DNA of 64,000 bases from Acidobacteriota bacterium (lineage in GTDB: Bacteria; Acidobacteriota; Vicinamibacteria; Marinacidobacterales; Marinacidobacteraceae). This document shows positions 56,985 to 64,000 of this stretch, piece after piece; the stretch's first letter is position 1, and each line of letters starts with the position of its first letter. The notes beneath the pieces were generated by a model. The model saw only the letters and a program-made list of their open reading frames with translations, ran no database searches and had not been told where the DNA came from. Made by a program: the position numbers and the translations under genes. The stretch lies in contig JAJDUD010000024.1 of assembly GCA_022826825.1 (NCBI GenBank), positions 163,084-227,083 on the forward strand, read 5' to 3'.

Positions 56985-59194
56985 CGGCCTGACTTGACCA
57001 GCCTGTAATACGTGCCGTCCCGGTCGGCGATCAGATCGTCGTGCGTGCCGCGCTGCACCTGGGCGCCCTTGTCGAGCACGATGATCTCGTCGCAGTCCCG
57101 CACCGTACTCAGCCGGTGCGCCACGATCAGGCAGGTGACGCCGCGGCGCCGCAGGGCATCGTCGACGGTTTCCTCGGTGGCGGCGTCGAGCGCACTGGTC
57201 GCCTCGTCCAGAACGAGCACCGTCGGGTTCCCCACCAGGGCCCGCGCGATCTCCAGGCGCTGCCGCTGGCCGCCGCTGAAGTTCACGCCGCCTTCCTCGA
57301 CGAGAGTCGCGTATCCGTGCGGCCGGAGCAGGATCTCGTCATGGATCGCGGCGTCTCGGGTCGCGGCGCTGATGACTTCATCGGGAACGGCCGGGTTCCA
57401 CAAGGTGATGTTGTCGCGGAGGGTCGCGGAAAAGAGAATGGCGTCCTGATCCACCATGGAAATCGAGCGTCGCAGCACTTCGGCGGGAATCTCGTCGCGC
57501 GCGCGGCCATCGAAGCGGATCTGGCCCGACCAGGGCTGACAGATTCCGGAAACGAGACGCGCCAGAGTCGACTTGCCGGACCCGCTCGGCCCCACCACGG
57601 CAACCCGCTGCCCCGGCTCGATCGCCAGGTTGAAGTCCTTGATCAGGGGTTGCCGGCTCTTGTTGTAGCCGAAGGTGACGTTGCGCAATTCAAGCCTGCC
57701 GGCGAGCTGCAGCCGGCCGTCCAAGGTGGCGATGGACTCCGATTCGGGACTCCGGCGGGTGAAGGCGGGGTCCTTCGCCGTCTTCGAGACGTCTTCCAGT
57801 CGCTGCAGATCGGTCTCCAGCGCGTGGCGTTTCTCGGCGAACTCGAGGAAACGCCCGACCGGCGTCAGGAACATCTCGGCCAGGATGAAGAACCCGACGA
57901 GGGACCCCAGGGTCATTTCGCCGGCGATGACCAGGCTCCCGCCGACGCCCAGGATCGCCGCGGCGCGCAGGGCGCCGATCAGGCCCGGAAACGCCGTGTT
58001 GAGGGCCCCGAGTTCGGAGTACTGCTGGCGCGCGCGCAGTTCGCGCGCCTGCTGCCCGCTCCAGCGCGAGAAGAACCGGTCGTCCGCGCCGGTCATGCGC
58101 AGGTTGTCCGCGCTACTCAACATCTGCATGCCGACGCCGATCAGCAATCCCTGTTCGCGCCTCATCGCCTGGCTTCGGACGGTCCGCAGCGCGCCCAGGA
58201 AGTGGACTCCCGTCGCGTGCAGGAGGGCCAGCAACGCCACGACCAGGGTGAGCGTCACGTCGTACGCCAGCATGGCGATGACGAGCACCGCGCTCATCGC
58301 CATGTCGATGACGAGCACCAGGAACTGCTCCGTCAGGTTCTTGGCGATTCTGTCGATGGACGAGACCCGGTCCGTCAGATCGCCTACCAGGCGGTGCTCG
58401 AAGAATGCCACCGGCAAACGCAGCAGCCGCGACAGGCCGCGGTTGAAGCCGCTGACCGAAATCCGTACCGCCAGCCGCTTCAGGAACCGGTGCTTCAGCA
58501 GCGACAGGACGTACACCAGGACGCCGCCGCCCAGCAGCGCCGCCACCAGTCCGCCCCAGGGCCCGTGGTTGGCCACCAGGTCGTCCACGAACACCCCGAC
58601 CGACGCGGGGACCACCAGGGCAATCAGCGTCAGCATGAGCGCGCAGGCCATCACTCCGGTGAGCACGCTCCACGATCCGGCAAGCAGGCCCCGCAACTGC
58701 TCGAACAGACCAGGCCGTTCGCCACCGGGACGGAAGCCGGGGCCGCGCTGGAATCGCAGCGCGATCCCACTGAAACTCTTGCTGAACTCCTCGGCGGAGA
58801 GTCTGCGCCGCCCCGTGGCCGGGTCATTCAGATAGAAACTGCGGCCATCGAACCCTTCGAGGACCAGGAAGTGGCTGAACTGCCAGAACAGGATCAGGGG
58901 TAAAGGCAGCTTCGGGAGCTGGTCCGCGCGAACGCTGAGTCCGCCCACTTCGAGCCCGTAGTGCCGGGCGGCGCGCGCGATGCTGGCGGCGCTGCTTCCG
59001 TCCCGGCTCACCTCGCATTTCTCCCGCAGTTGGGTGAGCGGCACCCAGCGGCCGAAGTAACCCAGTACGCTCCCGAGGCAGGCGGCCCCGCATTCCGATG
59101 CGTGCATCTGCAGCACAACGGGGGTGGTTACCCGTCGTTTCGGGAAGCCCGGCGCCGCCTTGGCGCCGTCGCCCCGCGAAGGGCCGCTCCGCAT
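56981..59194 (-). CDS. NHLM-type bacteriocin export ABC transporter with N-terminal C39 peptidase domain (ABC1)
   Basis: 737 aa. C39 catalytic context QMHASECGAACLG and later FSHFLVLEG...YLNDP. Walker A GPSGSGKST, signature FSGGQRQR. Confidence 0.85.
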   Translation of the reverse strand: MRSGPSRGDGAKAAPGFPKRRVTTPVVLQMHASECGAACLGSVLGYFGRWVPLTQLREKCEVSRDGSSAASIARAARHYGLEVGGLSVRADQLPKLPLPLILFWQFSHFLVLEGFDGRSFYLNDPATGRRRLSAEEFSKSFSGIALRFQRGPGFRPGGERPGLFEQLRGLLAGSWSVLTGVMACALMLTLIALVVPASVGVFVDDLVANHGPWGGLVAALLGGGVLVYVLSLLKHRFLKRLAVRISVSGFNRGLSRLLRLPVAFFEHRLVGDLTDRVSSIDRIAKNLTEQFLVLVIDMAMSAVLVIAMLAYDVTLTLVVALLALLHATGVHFLGALRTVRSQAMRREQGLLIGVGMQMLSSADNLRMTGADDRFFSRWSGQQARELRARQQYSELGALNTAFPGLIGALRAAAILGVGGSLVIAGEMTLGSLVGFFILAEMFLTPVGRFLEFAEKRHALETDLQRLEDVSKTAKDPAFTRRSPESESIATLDGRLQLAGRLELRNVTFGYNKSRQPLIKDFNLAIEPGQRVAVVGPSGSGKSTLARLVSGICQPWSGQIRFDGRARDEIPAEVLRRSISMVDQDAILFSATLRDNITLWNPAVPDEVISAATRDAAIHDEILLRPHGYATLVEEGGVNFSGGQRQRLEIARALVGNPTVLVLDEATSALDAATEETVDDALRRRGVTCLIVAHRLSTVRDCDEIIVLDKGAQVQRGTHDDLIADRDGTYYRLVKSGR

Positions 59195-59195
59195 G

Positions 59196-59732
59196 CTAGG
59201 CGGGCCTCATTCGCAATAGGGCGAGGGGCGCCTGCCTGCCGAGTTCGATGACGAGCCGGCATTCCTGACCCGCCCGGGGAGCAAGGGCGAGGTTCTCGTC
59301 GATCGCGATGCGGACGCGGTACGCGGACACGGGCGCGACGCCCGCGAGCGCCGCCAGTCCGCCGGGCAGCGGGACGGCGGAAATGGTGGTGACCTCTCCG
59401 GCGAGCGTCTCTGCTTCGCCGTCGGCGACGGTCAGTTCGACTCGCGCCGGCATTCCGGCCTTGATGTGCGGCGCGATGCCGGGTGCGATCCGGACGAGGG
59501 CCTCGAGGGACCGATTCCCACCGGGCTCGACCACGACCCCGTCCACGGCAAGGCTGCGCGACACGGCGCCGAGGAAGAGCCAGCCGGTGAGACCCAGCAA
59601 GAGCAGAGCGATGGCGCCGACGAGCAGCCGTTCCCGCGGCGTGGAGACAGTCAGCAGCCGGTCGAGTTGCTCACGCTCTTCCTTTGCTTCGGCGACGGTG
59701 TCGTGAAAGGAGCCAAAGGGGTCGTTGAACAC
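59196..59732 (-). CDS. HlyD-family/NHLM secretion adaptor-like protein, unusually short
   Basis: 178 aa. GTG start with AGGAGG upstream. Single TM helix (LLVGAIALLLLGLTGWLFLGAV), then a beta-barrel-like segment (GMPARVELTVADGEAETLAGEVTTIS). No long coiled-coil hairpin. Confidence 0.65.
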   Translation of the reverse strand: MFNDPFGSFHDTVAEAKEEREQLDRLLTVSTPRERLLVGAIALLLLGLTGWLFLGAVSRSLAVDGVVVEPGGNRSLEALVRIAPGIAPHIKAGMPARVELTVADGEAETLAGEVTTISAVPLPGGLAALAGVAPVSAYRVRIAIDENLALAPRAGQECRLVIELGRQAPLALLRMRPA

Positions 59733-60112
59733 GACTTTGCGGTGCCTCCTCCGACAGCTCAGGTAGGGACAGGAAGCGGCGGGGACAGCGGCCCGCCTGG
59801 ATCAGCCCGGGGACGCCGGAGCGCGCGTCCGAAGCTGGCGCGACAGACCTCCAGACCACCGACCATGGCCTGGTACAGGTGCCTGCGGCCGCGGTTCGAG
59901 CGTTGGACCACGCCCGATTCTCGGTCCCTCATCATCACGGAAGCGTACCAGCCGGCCCCCGCCCTTCCGCCGACCGAACGGGGTCGGCCCCGTTGCGGCT
60001 CCCCTCGGGTCGAGCGGCGGAAGCAAGCAACCTCCGGACCAACGGCGGTCGCTTTTTGCGCCCGAAACAACTTTGACCCGGATTGGGCGGAAATCTCGTC
60101 TGACTCTTTGGG

Positions 60113-61237
60113 ATGCCCGAAGGACCGCCTGTTTCGTCCCCGGCCACGCCGGATCCCCGGGAGGAACTCGTGCGGCTCCTGAGGGAGCTGGTCGGCCGCG
60201 GGGGAAGCGACCTGCACCTGAGCCCGGGCACCGCGCCCCGGCTGCGGATCGACGGCCGGCTCACCCAGCCGGAGGGCGAACCGCTGCCCGCGGAAGTCGT
60301 GGAGTCGATGGTGTCCGCCGGCATTCCGGATCGCCAGCGGACACTGCTCGAGCAGGGCGGGGAGGCGGACCATGCGTTCACCCTCACCGGAGTCGCCCGC
60401 TTCCGCAGCAGTCTGTTTCGGTGTCGGGGGGCGCTCGCGGCGGTCTACCGGGTGGTGCCGGGAGAAGTGCCGTCACTCGATGCGCTCGGCCTGCCGGGGA
60501 GCGCGGCGGCCCTGGCCGGACTGGCCTCCGGACTCGTCCTCACCGCCGGTCCGGTCGGCTCCGGCAAATCCACCACGATGGCGGCCATCCTGGACCGGAT
60601 CAACCGCACCCGCGCGGTGCACATCGTTACCATCGAGGACCCGGTAGAGGTCATCCATCGGAATCGGCGGGCCCTCGTCACCCAGCGGCAGGTCGGTCGC
60701 GACACCGCTTCCTTTCACGACGCGCTTCGTTCGGTGCTGCGTTCCGACCCGGATGTGGTGATGATCGGCGAGATTCGGGACCGGGACACCGTCGATGCCG
60801 CGCTCCGGGTCAGCGAAACCGGACATTTGGCGCTGGCCACCATCCACGCCCGTTCGGCCCTCCACGCGCTGACCCGGGTCGTGGAGATGTTCCCGGCCTC
60901 CCAGCATCGTCAGGCCCGGATTCGGCTCTCGGTGTCGCTGGAGGCGATCTATTGCCAGCGCCTCGTGCCCCGGGCCGACGGAAGGGGACGCGTCGTGGCG
61001 GTGGAGCAGCTCGCCCCGACTCCTGCCGCGCGGAACCTGATCCGCGAAGACAAGTTGCACCAGCTCTTCGCCGTCATGGACGCCGGCGCCGGGCGGGGCG
61101 CCTCGGTATCGCTCAACGAAGCGCTGATCTCGCTGTGGCGTCGGGGAATCATCACCCGCAGCGACGCGCTCGCGGCGTCGAACGATCCGGTAGCCCTGGG
61201 GGCGGCACTCGGTTCCGCCACGAACGGCCGGGCCTGA
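60113..61237 (+). CDS. pilT: type IV pilus retraction ATPase PilT family
   Basis: 374 aa. SDLHLSPG...RIDG, Walker A GPVGSGKSTT, TIEDPVE and MIGEIRD motifs. Confidence 0.85.
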   Translation: MPEGPPVSSPATPDPREELVRLLRELVGRGGSDLHLSPGTAPRLRIDGRLTQPEGEPLPAEVVESMVSAGIPDRQRTLLEQGGEADHAFTLTGVARFRSSLFRCRGALAAVYRVVPGEVPSLDALGLPGSAAALAGLASGLVLTAGPVGSGKSTTMAAILDRINRTRAVHIVTIEDPVEVIHRNRRALVTQRQVGRDTASFHDALRSVLRSDPDVVMIGEIRDRDTVDAALRVSETGHLALATIHARSALHALTRVVEMFPASQHRQARIRLSVSLEAIYCQRLVPRADGRGRVVAVEQLAPTPAARNLIREDKLHQLFAVMDAGAGRGASVSLNEALISLWRRGIITRSDALAASNDPVALGAALGSATNGRA

Positions 61238-61258
61238 TCTCCGGGATCGGCGGCGAGC

Positions 61259-62377
61259 GTGAGGAACCCGCTCTCCGGGCCGGAAGGCCGTCGGGACGAG
61301 GGGGGCGGTGAGCGCCGCCCGCTCCACCGGCTCCTTCCGAGCCCCGTCAGCCGGCGGAAGGTGGCCCTCCTGGTGCGCCAGTTGGGCGTCATGGTGGGAG
61401 CGGGACTGCCGCTCGCGGAAGGCCTCGCGGTGCTTTGCCACCAGGAAGAAAGCCCCCGGCTGCGAACCACCGTGGAACGCGTTGCCAGGGACGTCGAGTC
61501 GGGGAGTTCGCTGGCGGCGGCCATGAACCGTCACCCGCAGACGTTCAGCCGGCTGGCGGTGGCCATGACTTCCATCGGCGAAGCCGGCGGGCGGCTCGAC
61601 CAGAGTCTTCTGCGCCTCGCCACCGAACTCGAAAAGGCGGCGGCGCTGACCGCGCAGGTGCGCGGCGCCTTTGCCTATCCGCTGGTGATCGGCGCCGTCG
61701 GAGTGCTGGTGGTATCGGTGATCCTGTGGCGCGTCGTCCCGGTGTTCAGCGAACTCTACGAGGGGCTCGATGCCGAGCTGCCCCTCCTGACGCGGGTGGT
61801 GGTGGATGCGTCCCGCTCGTTTGGAGGATGGGCCCTGGCGGGGCTGGGCGTCCTGGCCGGCTCCACCGTGGGGATCGTGCGCCTCCGGCGAAGCGAGGCC
61901 GGGGGAGCGTTTTGCGACCGCCTCGTGCTCCGGTTGCCCGTCTTCGGCGGCCTGTGGCGGAAGGCCGGCATCTCCCGTTTCTGCAGGACGCTCGCCGTCC
62001 TCACCGAAGCCGGAGTGCCGGTGCTGGAAGGACTCGAGATCGCCCGCCGCGTGGTGGGGAACCGGCACCTGGAGGCGGTCATGGCGGAGGTTCGCCCGCG
62101 GGTGGAAGCGGGTGCGTCGCTCGCCGGCCCGCTGCGCCAGACGGGACTCTTCCCGTCGATGGTGGTGCAGATGGTCGGGGTGGGGGAGCGCACCGGCGAA
62201 CTCGATGTCTCCCTCGAGAAGGTGGCCGACTTCTACGAGGACGAGGTGAAGCGGACGACCGCGACGATTCTGCCGCTCCTCGAGCCGCTGTTGATCCTCG
62301 TCCTGGGTCTGGTCATCGGCGCCATCGTGATCGCCATGTACCTGCCGATCTGGACCCTGGTTGGCCGATTGGCCTAG
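61259..62377 (+). CDS. pilC: type IV pilus/T2SS platform protein PilC (GspF family)
   Basis: 372 aa. Two GspF repeats (LVRQLGVMVGAGLPLAEGL ; FCRTLAVLTEAGVPVLEGL). Short N-terminus and uncertain start. Confidence 0.8.
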   Translation: MRNPLSGPEGRRDEGGGERRPLHRLLPSPVSRRKVALLVRQLGVMVGAGLPLAEGLAVLCHQEESPRLRTTVERVARDVESGSSLAAAMNRHPQTFSRLAVAMTSIGEAGGRLDQSLLRLATELEKAAALTAQVRGAFAYPLVIGAVGVLVVSVILWRVVPVFSELYEGLDAELPLLTRVVVDASRSFGGWALAGLGVLAGSTVGIVRLRRSEAGGAFCDRLVLRLPVFGGLWRKAGISRFCRTLAVLTEAGVPVLEGLEIARRVVGNRHLEAVMAEVRPRVEAGASLAGPLRQTGLFPSMVVQMVGVGERTGELDVSLEKVADFYEDEVKRTTATILPLLEPLLILVLGLVIGAIVIAMYLPIWTLVGRLA

Positions 62378-62437
62378 GTAGCCGGCAATGAAACGCACGC
62401 GGCATTCCCCACCCTCCCGCACAACCTGCGCGTCACG

Positions 62438-62645
62438 GAAACGGCCTGGAACGCCGACCTCCGGCCGGCACCGCGGGCCGAAGGTCCGCGGACGACGTGC
62501 CGGTGTCCGCCTCGGGGGACGCGGATCCGGGTACGTCCCGTGTGTTGGGTTGCACCGAGCGAGAGGACCATCCCGCGCGTCGGCGCGCTGCCGTGCGCGG
62601 TGCGGAGCATCGCGCGTGCCGACCGGAGGTCGGCGTTCCAGGCAG
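62438..62645. repeat. MITE/REP-like element, family A, full copy
   Basis: GAAACGGCCTGGAACGCCGACCTCCGGCCGGCAC ... GTGCCGACCGGAGGTCGGCGTTCCAGGC. The interior is homologous to 17473-17682. Confidence 0.8.
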
Positions 62646-62720
62646 GCGCCGCCCCCGTGGCGCCCGGCCGCCCGTCTCCACGGGCCCGTTCCCCACCCCG
62701 TCCAAGGAGGACGTATCCTT

Positions 62721-63377
62721 ATGAATCACAGCGACTCCATCCGCCCGGTCCCGGATTCCCCCATGAAATCGCCACCGAGCCGCCCCACGGCCCAGGGGGC
62801 CGGTAGTCCCCGGGGCCGCGCTCCCCGGCGTCCCCCGTCGGCCGCCGCCGGCTTTACCCTGATCGAACTGCTGATCGTGATCGCGATCATCGGCGTGATC
62901 GCGGGGATCGCCATCCCCCAGTTGTTGCGCGCGCGGCTGTCCGCCAACGAGGCCCAGGCGATCGGCGACTCCCGGGCGGTGATCGCCGCGCAGCAGACCT
63001 ACGCGGCCTCCAACTGCGGGTTCTTCGCCGACCTGACGAACCTCTGCCGCAACGGCGCCGATTGCGGCGGCGCGATCGGGATTCCCAACTACCCGGCGAC
63101 CGCTCCCGAGTTCATCGGCGCCGACCTCGGCCGGACGAGTCCCTACGTGAAGTCGGGATACAACCGCACGCTCACTCCGAACGGGACCCCGACCTCGGTG
63201 CCGGCGCACTGCGATCCCGACAGCCTGCTCGACTACTGCTACCACGCGGAGCCGGCGGACGTGGGACGCACGGGCGTGCGGTCCTTCTCGGCGACCAGCG
63301 CGGGAGCGATCTACAACAACCCCGCCGGAACGGCGATCGCCTGCCCGGTGCCCGCGGCGACCGCTTTTCTCGAATAG
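62721..63377 (+). CDS. type IV pilin with an unusually long Pro/Arg-rich prepeptide
   Basis: ATG at 62721 with AAGGAGG 11 nt upstream. G|FTLIELLIVIAIIGVIAGIAIPQLL class III signal at residues 44-45. Six Cys in the globular part. Confidence 0.8.
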   Translation: MNHSDSIRPVPDSPMKSPPSRPTAQGAGSPRGRAPRRPPSAAAGFTLIELLIVIAIIGVIAGIAIPQLLRARLSANEAQAIGDSRAVIAAQQTYAASNCGFFADLTNLCRNGADCGGAIGIPNYPATAPEFIGADLGRTSPYVKSGYNRTLTPNGTPTSVPAHCDPDSLLDYCYHAEPADVGRTGVRSFSATSAGAIYNNPAGTAIACPVPAATAFLE

Positions 63378-63395
63378 CAGACAGGCCGAGCCCGC

Positions 63396-64000
63396 TTGGA
63401 AATCCGCGCCCGTAAGCTGAGCGGTTCCTATCCGGCGCCCGGACGTTTCGGGCTGGCGTTGCGCCGCCGGACCGTGGTTCGGGAGGTCAGCTTCGAGGTC
63501 GCTCCGGGTGAGGTGGTCGCGCTCGCCGGCAGGAACGGCTCCGGGAAGTCCACCACGTTGCGGCTGCTGGCGGGACTCCTGCCCGCAGATCGCGGCGAGG
63601 CCCTGCTGGGCGAGGTGCCGGCCGTCCGCAGCGAAGCGCGCCGCCGGCTGGGATACGTGGCGGAAGAAGACGAGTTTCCGGCGGGTCTGAGGGTGCGGGA
63701 CGTCCTGCGCTACGCCGCGGCGCTCGCCGGAGTCCGCGGCCGGGCGGCCCGCCGCGAGGCCGAGCGCACGGCGGCCGCGGTCGGCCTGACGGAGTGGCTG
63801 GCCCTCCCCGCCGCCCGCGCGTCGCGGGGCGTCCGGCGACGGGTGTCGCTGGCGCAGGCGCTGCTCGGCGAACCCCGGGCGCTCGTCCTCGACGAACCGC
63901 TCACGGGACTCGACCCCGAAGCCCGGGTCCGGTCCCTCGCGGCCATCCGCACCGCGGCCCGGGACGGAGCCGCCGTCATCCTGAGCCTCCACGAGGCCGC
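63396..64000 (+). CDS. ABC transporter ATP-binding protein (3' end outside window)
   Basis: Open frame from TTG 63396 to the window end, not in the track because there is no stop. Walker [19 protein letters not shown] Walker B. Confidence 0.75.
   Translation, partial: MEIRARKLSGSYPAPGRFGLALRRRTVVREVSFEVAPGEVVALAGRNGSGKSTTLRLLAGLLPADRGEALLGEVPAVRSEARRRLGYVAEEDEFPAGLRVRDVLRYAAALAGVRGRAARREAERTAAAVGLTEWLALPAARASRGVRRRVSLAQALLGEPRALVLDEPLTGLDPEARVRSLAAIRTAARDGAAVILSLHEA

Noticed and set aside
59759-60373. 204-aa minus-strand ORF in the hlyD-like/pilT divergent region
   Set aside because: It overlaps the well-supported pilT start. It has a low-complexity translation and no RBS. The 380-bp region is more plausibly a divergent promoter region.

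Overview
Very GC-rich bacterial chromosomal segment, densely coding on both strands. I saw no rRNA, tRNA or CRISPR. Most of the long ORFs in the six-frame track are alternative-frame or antisense artefacts of the GC bias. I kept about 55 genes on three grounds: recognisable protein motifs, start/stop coupling (many ATGA/GTGA overlaps) and G/C-rich third codon positions.

Gene content:
- Housekeeping metabolism: fabI, two leuA-family genes, leuCD, ilvE, accBC, thiE, folD, coaE, kdsC, pyrG, an agmatinase-family gene.
- Cell-wall recycling-type hydrolases: a GH3/beta-lactamase-fold fusion and a DUF1343/NamZ-like protein.
- Type IV pilus genes: pilMNOPQ, and separately pilT, pilC and a pilin.
- Two toxin-antitoxin (TA) pairs: vapBC and HEPN/MNT.
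- A fused nuclease-helicase of about 1850 codons (AddB/AddA-like).
- An orphan DNA methyltransferase.
- A frameshifted retropepsin-like gene.
- Five intergenic clusters of MITE/REP-like palindromic repeats, plus one 31/33-bp alternating tandem array.

The stand-out is a roughly 12.5 kb RiPP locus (47.2-59.7 kb) lying between pyrG/kdsC and pilT:
- It has an NHLP-type (nitrile-hydratase-like leader) precursor whose predicted core is only five residues, LCCCW.
- It has a fused E1-like/YcaO cyclodehydratase and the NHLM-type export trio (C39-ABC, second ABC, a truncated HlyD-like protein).
- I could not find a SagB-type azoline dehydrogenase.
- It carries three unusual partners instead: a flavin-dependent tryptophan-halogenase-like protein, a 371-aa orphan protein, and a squalene-cyclase/prenyltransferase-repeat (alpha/alpha toroid) protein.
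- The N-terminus of that toroid protein is itself a second, colinear copy of the NHLP leader.

The leader-fused enzyme, the pentapeptide Cys3-Trp core and the enzyme mix are what I consider potentially undescribed. All functional assignments come from reading motifs by eye; no database search was run.
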